Assembly (NCBI GenBank): GCA_947628695.1
Contig: CANRAV010000007.1
Span: forward strand, 19,549-83,548
Reading direction: 5' to 3'
DNA from: an uncultured Clostridia bacterium
Lineage (GTDB): Bacteria > Bacillota > Clostridia > Oscillospirales > CAG-382
DNA length: 64,000 nt
Positions 18,035 through 28,343 of the stretch are shown in pieces (position 1 is the stretch's first letter; each line of letters begins with the position of its first letter). The notes below the pieces were generated by a model. The model made no database searches. It was given only the letters and a program-made list of their open reading frames with translations, and had not been told where the DNA came from. The translations under genes were made by a program, and so were the position numbers.

Positions 18035-20047
18035 ATGAAACACACGATCAAGGGAACCTGGCGCTCCGTATCGGCGCTGATCCTTTCGGCGGCGATCCTT
18101 CTGCCGACTCTGACTGCCTGCAAGGGCAACGAAAGCGGAACTAACAGCGAGAGCGTTCCGGAGAGCGTGCAGGCGTCCTATGTCACTTGGACCGAGTCCG
18201 GCGAATACACCACCTCTCTGACGGCCAACGGTGTGGATCTCTCCGACGTTACGGCGGCAGACGTGGCCGTCACCGTCCCGGATCCGTCGGGCAATTTATC
18301 CGACGGGCAGGAGGAAAGGCAGTCCTGTCCGGTGAAAAAGGTCGAGAAAAAGGACAATGCGCTGGAGATCACCTTCACCGATGAAAATGCGGCCAAGAAA
18401 ACGGCCACTAACTATACTTTGACGATTGAGAAAAAGGATCTCTTCACGCCGATAATGGTGGACTATCCCGCCCCGTCTGTAACGGTGGAGGGTTCCGGCG
18501 TCCTCCTTAGCGAGGAGAACCCTGCGATCACCCTGACGCTTGGCAGCGGGATCTTTGCCAAAGAGGTGACGGAGGATCAGATCACCCTGGCAGGCTCTTT
18601 CTCCGGCATGGATGTGTCGGAGGTCACCTCGCAGAGCAACCGTCTGACACTGCAGCTAAAAGGCAAAACCGAAATGCCGGAGGGTCAAAATATATACGTG
18701 GACGGCATCGTCATCGTCAGCCCGTCGGCCATGGAAAACGAGCGGGTTGCTGCCTTGGTGCGGGTTCCGATCCAACAGAGCCTTATCACCTTTGACAGCG
18801 CCAAAATGACCGTGAACGGCAGCACTGTCACCGCCCCGCTGACGGTTCTCGGCGAAGCGGATCTTGACAGCATCACCGAGTCGGATCTGACCTTCCTCGA
18901 AGAAGAGGAGGAAGAGCGTCCTGCCATTACGGTGAAGAGTGTGGAGAAGGCAGATGAAACCACCTTGACGGTCACCGTGGATGTGGAGGGCGCGACCGAC
19001 AGGAACTCGGCTGCCAAAGCGCTTGACGGCCGGACAGCGCAGCTGAAGGGCTCCACCTTCCTTGCAAACTTCCATCCGGCAAGCATCTATCCCACCTTTG
19101 ATTACGTAGAGCAAGACGGCGACAATCTGACTCTCCGTCTGCTGATAGACGCACAAAACGGCACCTTTGCCGACGGGCTTTCCGCCGGGCAGGTGCGCTT
19201 TGACGAGGACTTTGCCGACGCAAAGGTCGTATCCCTGGAGAGGGAAAATGACACTTCCGCAGTGCTGACGCTGTCTGTTCCTACCAACGGTCAGACGATG
19301 GAGAAATTCAACTACGGCGGCGCTGTGATTTTGGATCCCGGCGCTATGATCAACCCCTGGGGCGATATGACCGATGAAGCGACGGAATACGCCCGTCAAT
19401 ACTCCGAAGAGAGCTTAGGCAGATTGAGCCTTAAAACGTACGAAGGCATAGCACGCGGCCTTGGCATCACCAACGGCGTGCTCATCGGCGCAACGGCGGC
19501 CTTCGGCATCACCATGTTGGCGCTGGAAATGTCCGGCGCGGTGAAGACCGCCAACATGCAGCTGCGGGATATCAACGAGCAGATCAACAAAAATCTGGAC
19601 GATACCTTTGACATCCTCAAGCAAAACGCCTCTCTCATCGACGACGTCGAGAACATCTTACTGCAAAAGAGCATCAGCGATTTCAATTTGAAGCTGTCCA
19701 TGCTCAACACCTACAGCAAAAAGTTCCAGCATTACCTGAATCCCGGCATGCTTGCGCTGCTGGGCTATGACGGGTTGGAAGCCATCGAGGAGACCGATTC
19801 CATAGAAGCCAAGGTGCAAAAGTTAAAGCACATCAAGGAAGTTATCCAGGCCGTGTTTGAGGCCGAGGACAGCAGGGACGACGACATCGCCCACGCGTTC
19901 CGCGATTTCTTCAACACCTACACCACCATGCGGAACTACTATAACGACGTCTGCGCACTGCTGAAGGCCACAGGCGACACAAACCCCATCAACGCCTACT
20001 CGAAGCTGCTGTCACGTACCACCAACTTCGATCATCCAGACCTTTAA
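18035..20047 (+). CDS. Large lipoprotein of unknown function (possibly the N-terminal part of a frameshifted gene)
   Basis: ATG at 18035 follows AAAGGA. The signal peptide has a lipobox (LPTLTAC). The body has beta-rich repeats, then a TM-like segment and a coiled coil. Confidence 0.6.
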   Translation: MKHTIKGTWRSVSALILSAAILLPTLTACKGNESGTNSESVPESVQASYVTWTESGEYTTSLTANGVDLSDVTAADVAVTVPDPSGNLSDGQEERQSCPVKKVEKKDNALEITFTDENAAKKTATNYTLTIEKKDLFTPIMVDYPAPSVTVEGSGVLLSEENPAITLTLGSGIFAKEVTEDQITLAGSFSGMDVSEVTSQSNRLTLQLKGKTEMPEGQNIYVDGIVIVSPSAMENERVAALVRVPIQQSLITFDSAKMTVNGSTVTAPLTVLGEADLDSITESDLTFLEEEEEERPAITVKSVEKADETTLTVTVDVEGATDRNSAAKALDGRTAQLKGSTFLANFHPASIYPTFDYVEQDGDNLTLRLLIDAQNGTFADGLSAGQVRFDEDFADAKVVSLERENDTSAVLTLSVPTNGQTMEKFNYGGAVILDPGAMINPWGDMTDEATEYARQYSEESLGRLSLKTYEGIARGLGITNGVLIGATAAFGITMLALEMSGAVKTANMQLRDINEQINKNLDDTFDILKQNASLIDDVENILLQKSISDFNLKLSMLNTYSKKFQHYLNPGMLALLGYDGLEAIEETDSIEAKVQKLKHIKEVIQAVFEAEDSRDDDIAHAFRDFFNTYTTMRNYYNDVCALLKATGDTNPINAYSKLLSRTTNFDHPDL

Positions 20048-20084
20048 GGAAACCGAGCAGCGCACAGCCCAGCTTAAAGAAGCG

Positions 20085-21578
20085 GTGCAGGATGAGTACC
20101 ACCGGCTGTGCGGCCTCAAGGGTGCGGCACTCGACACCGTCGTAAACGAGCTGAACATCCGTGTAAGCGATCTGGAGCAGAGCATCAGCCTTTGCAGTCA
20201 ATATTTCAGCGACAGTACCGTCGCCGACCTGGGCGTCGAGATGCCGAAGGAGATCGAACTGAACGGAACGACTACCCAGTTCAGCTATGACTTTTCCGTG
20301 GCGTTGGCCGACGCATGCCGCCATAAAGAAGCCGGTTACGAGAGCTACCAGAAGGACTTCAACAAACTGCAAAAGCAATTTGCCCTTGTGTGCAATCTGC
20401 TGCTGCTGGAAGACGGCGCCGATCCCCTGACTGCGCTTGATCAGGCTTACGCCAATGTCGACAACTTCTCCACCTCGTCTTATATGCTGAAAAAGGCATA
20501 CCGCGCCAATCTGATTAATGTGTTGGACGAAGCACTTGACCTCATGCGCTGGTACGATTTGGCAAGCTACAAATTCAAGCTGGACGAAGACGGCAAGCTG
20601 GTCACCGCGACGGACACAGACGGCGAAACTGTCTACCTTGTAAACCAGTACACCATCGACACCACCCTGGACGACCTGGGTCGGGAGGCGAAGATGCGGC
20701 TGGTAGACGTAGCATATACCTACGATATTATGGGCAATCTCACAAGCATCGATAAGGAATCGGGCGTGGACAACGAAACCCTCATCAAGAATTCCGAGGA
20801 ATACAAAAGGTATTACGACATCTTTAAGGATCTCCAAACGCCCGGTATGGCGGAGAAGATGGCCATGTCCGCCTTGATGCAGAACTACCCGGAGATAGTG
20901 AACCAAAACTTCCACTACAATCTGGTAGAAGTCGATACTTCCAAATATTCCAACAAGATTTTCGCCGAGCAGAATGTTCACTACGAGATCGAAAATATGC
21001 ACGCCAGCGATAAATACTCGTGCAACGTCACGCTCAAATATACCGATCCCAACAGCCATTGGGGCACACGTACCTACTATCCTTTGGTGGCGTATGTGCA
21101 GGATCCGGGCTCCGAGCTGCGGCACATCATCGAGGCGGCAAAGCCGTATTGCTACTCTCTGCACACCACGGTCAGCCTTGTGGACAACTGCTACAGCAAT
21201 GACGACGTCTTCCGTGCCTACACCAATTTCACGGATCTGGAGGTGTCGGAGTTCTTAAACCGCGTGGAGGACAGCGGCCGCACCCTGCTGGAGGAGCTGG
21301 AAAACGCCGGTATCCCCATCAGCGAGGAGTATGCCAACGCCTCGCGGGAGCGCGGAACCGACGGCGGCAAGGTAGACAGCAATAACCTCTACGGTATCGC
21401 TTTAAGCCACAGTACCGTCAAGAAATACGACGCGGCAAAGGTGAGAAACTCCTGGAACACGTACACGGATGTCTACTATTGGGACGCCAAGGACCGGGAG
21501 GATAAGCTGGAAAACGTGTATGTATGGCGCGGCCTTTGCAACGAAGCGAAGAACAAGGTCGCCATATTGATCCCGTAA
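20085..21578 (+). CDS. Hypothetical protein, probably the continuation of the 18035 gene in another frame
   Basis: It has a GTG start with no convincing RBS. Its frame stays open and protein-like upstream of the GTG, into the end of the previous ORF. Confidence 0.5.
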   Translation: MQDEYHRLCGLKGAALDTVVNELNIRVSDLEQSISLCSQYFSDSTVADLGVEMPKEIELNGTTTQFSYDFSVALADACRHKEAGYESYQKDFNKLQKQFALVCNLLLLEDGADPLTALDQAYANVDNFSTSSYMLKKAYRANLINVLDEALDLMRWYDLASYKFKLDEDGKLVTATDTDGETVYLVNQYTIDTTLDDLGREAKMRLVDVAYTYDIMGNLTSIDKESGVDNETLIKNSEEYKRYYDIFKDLQTPGMAEKMAMSALMQNYPEIVNQNFHYNLVEVDTSKYSNKIFAEQNVHYEIENMHASDKYSCNVTLKYTDPNSHWGTRTYYPLVAYVQDPGSELRHIIEAAKPYCYSLHTTVSLVDNCYSNDDVFRAYTNFTDLEVSEFLNRVEDSGRTLLEELENAGIPISEEYANASRERGTDGGKVDSNNLYGIALSHSTVKKYDAAKVRNSWNTYTDVYYWDAKDREDKLENVYVWRGLCNEAKNKVAILIP

Positions 21579-21703
21579 GGAAGCGGCAGCTGACAATTTA
21601 CCGACAGCTGTGTATATAGAAATATGAATCGCAAGTGCTGACAGGAATTGCGGTTTCCGTCAGCACTTCGCTTTGCCCGTACCTACGGAGCCGATGAGGA
21701 GGA

Positions 21704-23682
21704 ATGATTGTGAAGTGCAGAAGCCGAAAAACAAAATTACTGTCTGTCCTGCTGGCCGCGGTGCTGCTTCTTGGCGCCGTGTCCGGCTGCGGCGGCGAGC
21801 CCGTGGACAAAGGCAACGGAAGCCGTACAATGCTTATCTATCTTTGCGGCTCCAATCTTGAGAGCACCTTCGGTGCGGCGACGAAGAACATCGCAGAGAT
21901 GCTCTCCGTCCCGCTGCCCGAAAACGTCAACGTGATGATTGAGACCGGCGGTTCCAAAAAATGGAGGGACTACGGCATCCCCGGCGACAAGCTCTGCCGC
22001 TACGCCGTTCGCGATGGCGGACTGGTGCTGCTGCAGGAGCTGGAGCGCTCCAACATGAGCTTTGAGAGCACCTTTTCCGATTTTCTCGAATACGGCATGG
22101 AGGAGTTCCCCGCAGACAATACCGCTGTAATCCTCTGGGACCACGGAGGCGGCTGCGTCAACGGACTTATCCGCGACGAGAATTATCCCGCCGGTTCCCT
22201 TGGCATCGACGAAATCCGGTCGGCTCTCACCAAAGCGGAGGAGCACCACCCGGATACACATGTGGATCTTTTGGGCATGGACGCCTGCCTGATGGCGAAC
22301 TTTGAGACGGCTTACGCCCTGCGGGACTGCGCCGACTACCTGCTGGCCTCCGAGGAGATTGAGCCAACCGGCGGCTGGGACTATCAGTCGCTGTTCGGCG
22401 CCCTTTCCGAAAACAAAACGGCGGAGGAGCTTGGCAAAGCGACCTGCGACGGCTTTCAGGAGAAATACGCCGATTCCGACAATTACGCAACGCTTTCCCT
22501 CATCGACCTCTCCAAAATCGAAGCGGTAAGCGATGCTTTCGAACACGCGATGGAAACGTTGACGGCGAACAAAGAAGTCACCGCTGCGGAGATACGGCAA
22601 GTCTCCGAAAGCGCCTACTACGCCCGTAGATGCGGCGCAAACTCCGAATACACCGGTTACTCCAACCTCATTGATATGATGGACTTTGCCGCGTATTACG
22701 ACAATTTGACCGATGGCAATGCGCTTACCTCCGCCATCAAGCGCTGCATTACCTACAGCACCGTGAAGGAAAGCGACCCGTTCCACGACGGATTGTCCTT
22801 CTTCTATCCCCTAATTTACGGCGACAGGACCTTCAAAGCGTATTATGACCGGATTTGTCCCGTCCCCGGGTACAAATCCTACCTGAAGCAGGTCTTCGAG
22901 GATATGCCCGACAACACCGTCAAAATCAGTGACGCCTTCATCACCGCCAACGGTGCGCTACAGGTGGATCTGACTGACGGCTCTCTGCCGTATCTCCTGG
23001 ACAAACAATATATGCTTTATGAGATTCTGGAGTATGACGAAACGGAAGAAACCCCAGAGACCGCATCAAGCTCTTCAAGATGTTCGGCACAGATAATGAC
23101 GTGGAAACCTCAAACGAAGGCAGGACGTACCGCAGCAATTTTCGCGGCACGACGCCCACCCTCAACGGCGTGGAGCTGTACTACAATTATGTGGGCAGGG
23201 ACCACGACAACTACCTGTTCGAGACACCGGTCTGTGTCAACGGCACGCCGACCTATCTCCGCTTTTCCTTTGTCTTTGACGAGACGGAGTTCAACAACGG
23301 TCACTATGAGATAATCGGGTACTGGAACGGTATCGATCCGGAGACTGGGATGCCGGACAAAGGCTTCCGTGCTCTCAAGCCCGACGACGACGTGGGGGTT
23401 TATGTCATCGAAGGCAGCCCCGCCGATTACGATGACGTCGACGGCGACGACGAGCCGGAGAAGGTGCCGAAGCGCGAAGACGGCTATCAAATCACCGAAG
23501 AGCCCCTTAAAGGCAAGTATTATCTGTATATGTTCGATTTCACCGACATTTACGGTCGGTCATCCGAAGAGCTTGTCTGCGCCATTTTCCGCATGACAAA
23601 AACGTATGACGAACTGAAAAACAACCCCCTACCCGACGGCGAATTCGCCGCAGAGGTCATCGCGATTTGGAGGGAAAGCTGA
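21704..23682 (+). pseudogene. Clostripain-like (C11 family) cysteine peptidase lipoprotein, apparently frameshifted near 23040-23080
   Basis: - It has a lipobox (AVSGC).
- The His/Cys dyad contexts VILWDHGGG and LLGMDACLMA are present.
- After about aa 445 the first frame becomes R/S/T-rich nonsense.
- Frame +1 (ORF 23080-23682) stays protein-like and is open back to about 23041. Confidence 0.6.
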
Positions 23683-23888
23683 AGCCCCATATTGCTTCAC
23701 GCGCAGGGGCGCGCCTTCCGTAATTACCGCTTCTCCGAATGTGTTCTTTGCAGACCGGCCATCCGGCCGCTTTGCTTTGACACCTTCGGAGTTTTTGTTT
23801 TTCTGTCGGTTTTTCTCGAAATTTATTGCTTTTTACGCGGTTTTATGGTAAAATAAAATGATAAATTCCCCAAACAGGGTGTTGTAAA

Positions 23889-24608
23889 ATGTATGAAATT
23901 GCCATCTGCGACGACGACGCAGTCTTTCTCTCCGACTTTGAGAAACAGCTGAAGCAAGAGCTGGACCGTCGGAGTCTTTCCTACCGGATCACCTGTTTTT
24001 CCTCCGCCGAAGCGCTGCTTAGCGCCATTGACGCCGGAGACAGCTTCAGCCTGCTCTTTTTGGATATTCTGTTCGAGGAGGAAAAGGGGATTCGGCTGGC
24101 AAGAACCCTTCGCGAGCGCTCCAGCCGGGCAGAGGTCGTATTCGTCACCGGCAGTCCGGACTTTGCCGTGGAAAGCTACGACGTTTTCCCGCTGCATTAC
24201 CTGCCCAAGCCCGTAGATGACGAAAAACTAAGCGCTGCCTTGGATCGGTTCCTGGAGCGCCGGGCGCCTCGGTCGATCCTGATCTCCAACCACAGCGGGA
24301 TCATTCGGGTGCTGCTGTCGGAGGTGCTGTACCTGGAAATTTACGGTCACGAGATCATCCTCCACAAGGCGGACGGCACAAAAGAGACCTGCACCGGAAC
24401 CATGAAGGAGATGGAGGAACAGTTCCCCTCCGGGCTTTTTGTGCGGCCACACAGGAGTTATTTGGTCAATATGGACTACATTTCCAAGATCGGCCGCTTC
24501 CAGATCACCCTTTCTTCCGGCGACAAAATCCCCATCAGCCGGAACCTTTATCAGAAAACTCAGCACCTCTTCATTGAGTTCGCCGTGGGGAAAACGGCCG
24601 GCAGGTAA
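23889..24608 (+). CDS. LytTR family response regulator
   Basis: It has a receiver domain (ICDDD ... LFLDI) and a C-terminal LytTR DNA-binding domain (FVRPHRSYLVNMDYI). Confidence 0.85.
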   Translation: MYEIAICDDDAVFLSDFEKQLKQELDRRSLSYRITCFSSAEALLSAIDAGDSFSLLFLDILFEEEKGIRLARTLRERSSRAEVVFVTGSPDFAVESYDVFPLHYLPKPVDDEKLSAALDRFLERRAPRSILISNHSGIIRVLLSEVLYLEIYGHEIILHKADGTKETCTGTMKEMEEQFPSGLFVRPHRSYLVNMDYISKIGRFQITLSSGDKIPISRNLYQKTQHLFIEFAVGKTAGR

Positions 24609-24620
24609 GGGGGCACAGCG

Positions 24621-26318
24621 ATGAAAAAACGGAAGCTTGTAATCTTCGGGGTCATTTTTGCCCTGCTTTGTCTTGCGGTATTTCTCTTTTTCCGCCCCTT
24701 CACCCGGGTGGTCAACACCACGCGGGGCACGGTGACCTTCCGGTCGGCGGAGTTTACCCCCGACCAAGGCAAGCCGGTTTCGGTGAACCCATACAATTCC
24801 GACAACAATCCGGTTCGCACCGACGGCGTTTACACCTTCCACGGCACGGTTTCCGGCTGGGGTACGGCAGACACCCTGCTGCTGAGCCTTGGAAGCTGCG
24901 AGATGACGCTGCAAATCAACGGTAAAGCGGTCTTCTCCGGAGGCGGCGACAGGTCGGATACAGCTGCCGGGATGAGCCAGATCACCGTGCCACTGCCTGC
25001 CGACATAGATTCGGCGGAGCTTACGCTGGAGTGCCGATATTTTGAAGAAGGCGGTGTGTGGGTCTATCCGCCCGTCCTGTCCCTCCAATCCCCGCTGAAC
25101 GCGCAGGCGGACACCATGGGTTACGCCAACATGTACGCCATCCCCGCCGGCGTTTTTGCCCTGACGTTCCTACTCCTGTGCGGGCTGTACCTTTTCAGCT
25201 TTTTGCAGGACAAGGCCGAGCACAGCCTGACGCTGCTCATCGCGGCAGCGGCCATTGAGTTTGTGTTCCATCTCGTAGTCGCCAACGGCTATTTCGCCCT
25301 GCCTGCCGGTCTCAACGACTTTCTGCAGCCGTTCTTGCTGAATTTGCAGCGGTTCCTGGTACCTCTGCTCATCAACGTGTATGTCGTTTGGAATCGGAAA
25401 CGACCCTTCTTCAAATATTTCGGTGTCGTCAATCTGGTGACCGCAGGGGCGCTGCTGGTGGTCTACGTCATCTCCGCCGTTGCCGACCGCTTCCTCTCGA
25501 ACATGGTCGACACTATTTTCCTGAAGTTTTTCCAAACCGGCTCCTACTTTAACGTCATCCTCCACTGGCTCATCTACTATCTGATTTTCACCTGCGCCGT
25601 TGCGTCGCTGGTGTCTATGATCTCTCGGTTCGTGCGTCTCCGGACAAAAGCACAGGCCATGGAGCTCCAAAGCAGCCTGATGCTTAAGCAATACGAGTCG
25701 ATCAACCGCGGAATTCGCGGCACCTACGCCATTCGCCACGAATGGAAGAACAACATCATGGCCATGCGGCTGCTCTGCTCCGGGAAAAAGTACAGAGAGC
25801 TGGAGGAATACCTGCGCAGCCTGAGCGACCGGTCGGAGAAAATGACGCCGCTCTTCTTCTCCAAAAATATCGTCTTCAACGTGCTGCTCCAGAACGCCGC
25901 CGCACGGGCGGAGGAGGCGGGGATCCGCTTCAGTGCCACTGCCAACGTGCCGGAGGAGGTGGGCATCGAGACAGGCGACCTCTGCTCCCTGCTGATGAAT
26001 ATGCTCGATAACGCCATCGAAGCCAGCCTGCGGCTGCCGGAAGCACAGCGATCCGTCACCCTTTCCGCCGGGCTTATCAACAAGGGCTTTTTGACGGTCA
26101 CCTGCGTCAACCGCTGCGACCGCAGCACCGCCATCCGGCCGGATGGAACCATCGATACGGACAAGGAGAATAGGCTGACCCACGGCTTCGGCCTGACGCA
26201 AATGCGCGAGGTGGCCGAGAAATATCACAGCCTGCTTAACATCACCTGCTGTGACGGTGTCTTCACCGTCAGCACGGCTCTGCAGCAGAATAGCGGCATG
26301 AATAGCGATTTGAACTAA
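24621..26318 (+). CDS. Membrane sensor histidine kinase, AgrC/GHKL (HPK10-like) type
   Basis: It has an N-terminal extracytoplasmic domain and about 6 TMs. The kinase motifs are an H-box (IRHEWKNN), an N-box (MNMLDNAIEAS) and a G-box (THGFGLTQM). Confidence 0.8.
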   Translation: MKKRKLVIFGVIFALLCLAVFLFFRPFTRVVNTTRGTVTFRSAEFTPDQGKPVSVNPYNSDNNPVRTDGVYTFHGTVSGWGTADTLLLSLGSCEMTLQINGKAVFSGGGDRSDTAAGMSQITVPLPADIDSAELTLECRYFEEGGVWVYPPVLSLQSPLNAQADTMGYANMYAIPAGVFALTFLLLCGLYLFSFLQDKAEHSLTLLIAAAAIEFVFHLVVANGYFALPAGLNDFLQPFLLNLQRFLVPLLINVYVVWNRKRPFFKYFGVVNLVTAGALLVVYVISAVADRFLSNMVDTIFLKFFQTGSYFNVILHWLIYYLIFTCAVASLVSMISRFVRLRTKAQAMELQSSLMLKQYESINRGIRGTYAIRHEWKNNIMAMRLLCSGKKYRELEEYLRSLSDRSEKMTPLFFSKNIVFNVLLQNAAARAEEAGIRFSATANVPEEVGIETGDLCSLLMNMLDNAIEASLRLPEAQRSVTLSAGLINKGFLTVTCVNRCDRSTAIRPDGTIDTDKENRLTHGFGLTQMREVAEKYHSLLNITCCDGVFTVSTALQQNSGMNSDLN

Positions 26319-26546
26319 TACGGCAAAAGCCGCCGCATACGTATACTACCCGCGGATGGGATGCTTCCCAACCGCGGGTGGATTTATATACTGCGTAAAA
26401 CGGCGCTGAATCGAAAAACCATGGCACAAAAGCGGTTTAAAAGATAGACGGAACAGTTCCCTCCAATTGCGCATCAGTTGAGAAGCTTACGAAATCATTT
26501 TGTGAAAATTAAAAACGGCAATTTTCGGATTCATAGCCCAATAATG

Positions 26547-26575
26547 TTGACTTTTCGCCTTGCATGATGTATAAT
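26547..26575 (+). promoter_or_regulatory. Sigma-A promoter with a ~320-nt leader before the Sel1-repeat gene
   Basis: TTGACT (26547-26552), a 17-nt spacer, then TATAAT (26570-26575). Confidence 0.55.
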
Positions 26576-26896
26576 TTAAAATGGAAGTGTGCAATGATGA
26601 CGATAAAGTGTTCAATGGCACAAATGCAAAAAGCAAATCTGTTACCGCCCGAACAAAGTAAAATGCCCACGGAAAATTATTCAAGTACACCGCTGAACAC
26701 AAGATGATAGTGACAGATGCCTTGTATTACGAATATAGGAATGCAGGCAAAAAGAAGGTTTGAAGAAATATTAACGAGGCTGAACTGCCGGGAACTGTAT
26801 TCCCGACAATGAATCCGCTGGACTGATAGCCGGTATCCATGCAGGCTTGCGGGCTTTGCACAAAAAACAGTACACAGGAAAGGGGATGCGTGCCGT

Positions 26897-27520
26897 ATGG
26901 CGACCACTCTTACGAAGGCAGATATCCTTGCGATTGAACGCGGGGACTGTAATTTCCTGAATAATAAAGGTGCTAAATACTACAATGACGGAAATTACAG
27001 TCATGCCATCGAATATTACCGTTTGGCGGCAGCTATGGGATGCGTTCATTCTATCTCCAATCTGGGATACTGTTATATGTACGCCAGAAGTATCGAAAAA
27101 AACATGTCGCTTGCAATGGCATATTTTACAATTGCCGCAAAGATGAATAACGTTGACGCACAGTATAAGCTTGGAAACATTTATGAAAAAGGTGCGTACG
27201 GTGTAGAAAAGAATGAAGAATTGGCAATCTATTATTATACTTTAGCCATACGTACAATTAACGAATCATATGAAGAGGATCCGGAACGATATCCGAGCTT
27301 GTATTTGTGCGTCGCCCAAGCGCATATGCCCGGAGGCATGATGATAAGCGATTTGAAAACTGCCTATAGATTTTTACAGATTGCCCGTCGTGGGTATGAG
27401 ATCGAAAAGGCGGAAGGGATTCAATATCATATCGAAGCACTTGAAGAGACTCTGCGGCTTTTGGAAGCTCCGTGCTTTGACAGCATCCGGGAAGAAATGG
27501 CTGAGGAAGAGGACGGTTAA
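26897..27520 (+). CDS. Sel1-like repeat (TPR-related) protein
   Basis: It has repeated Sel1 signatures (A..YY..AA..G...S..NLGYCY, AQYKLGNIYEKG). Confidence 0.75.
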   Translation: MATTLTKADILAIERGDCNFLNNKGAKYYNDGNYSHAIEYYRLAAAMGCVHSISNLGYCYMYARSIEKNMSLAMAYFTIAAKMNNVDAQYKLGNIYEKGAYGVEKNEELAIYYYTLAIRTINESYEEDPERYPSLYLCVAQAHMPGGMMISDLKTAYRFLQIARRGYEIEKAEGIQYHIEALEETLRLLEAPCFDSIREEMAEEEDG

Positions 27521-27602
27521 GCCGCAGAAGTTTGCAATTTGTCACATCGGATTCCCGACGGTGAAGCTCTTGGAGTGATGATTTGAAAGGGAGAAGAGGC
27601 TC

Positions 27603-27893
27603 ATGACAAATATTTCACAATTGCAAGTGGTGTTGACCCCTGTATTTCGGGATTATGGGATCTCCCGCGCCGTGCTGTTTGGCTCGGTGGCGAAAAAAAC
27701 GGCGACCGACAAGAGCGATTTGGATTTGCTGGTGACAAGCAATTTGCACGGTCTGCGCTTTGTCGGATTTATGGAGGCCGTTCGCAGAGCAGTACAGATG
27801 CCGGTAGATATTTTGGATGTTTCGCATATTGAACAAGGCTCCAAAATACAGCGGGAAATCGAGAAAACCGGGGTGATTCTTTATGAGAAATGA
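27603..27893 (+). CDS. mntA: MNT-type nucleotidyltransferase antitoxin (MntA-like)
   Basis: It has the LFGSVAKK...DLDLLV minimal nucleotidyltransferase motif. It overlaps the following HEPN gene by 11 nt. Confidence 0.8.
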   Translation: MTNISQLQVVLTPVFRDYGISRAVLFGSVAKKTATDKSDLDLLVTSNLHGLRFVGFMEAVRRAVQMPVDILDVSHIEQGSKIQREIEKTGVILYEK

Positions 27894-28203
27894 GATCATT
27901 ATTGGGAAGATGATCGCCCATTGCGATAAACTGATTCAGTACTGTGACGGCTATTCCTATGGGACATTCTCGAAAGACACAAAATTAGTAGAGGCCTGCG
28001 TATTCAATCTCAGCCAGCTTGGCGAACTTTGTCATGCGATAGATGATGATTTTGCAGCTGCACACCCGGATATTCCTTGGGCGGAAATGTACGGGCTGCG
28101 CAACCGCATAGTACACGACTATGAAGGCGTCAATCTTAAGCTAGTTTGGGAAATCATCAGTGAGGATATTCCGGAACTAAAAAAGCGGCTGCAGAATTTG
28201 TAA
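27883..28203 (+). CDS. hepT: HEPN (DUF86) domain toxin (HepT-like)
   Basis: It has the R-x4-H motif RNRIVHDY near the C-terminus. Size and pairing match HEPN/MNT modules. Confidence 0.8.
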   Translation: MRNEIIIGKMIAHCDKLIQYCDGYSYGTFSKDTKLVEACVFNLSQLGELCHAIDDDFAAAHPDIPWAEMYGLRNRIVHDYEGVNLKLVWEIISEDIPELKKRLQNL

Positions 28204-28343
28204 ATCGTAAGTTTACCGGCGCATCTTGTGTTGCGATCGGATGCTTGCATCAAAAAGTCCAAAGGTGATTTCACCGCGAAAAGCATGATCGCTTGACTAC
28301 TGAAAAGAATTGCCGCTTACCGTTTTATTAAGGGAGATAAAAA

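Noticed and set aside
26594-26707. 37-aa ORF (MMTIKCSMAQMQKANLLPPEQSKMPTENYSSTPLNTR) downstream of the AgrC-like kinase, considered as an AgrD-like autoinducer precursor.
   Set aside because: It has no AgrB-like gene, no amphipathic leader or acidic tail typical of AgrD, and a weak RBS. It lies in the leader of the Sel1 gene, so the evidence is insufficient.
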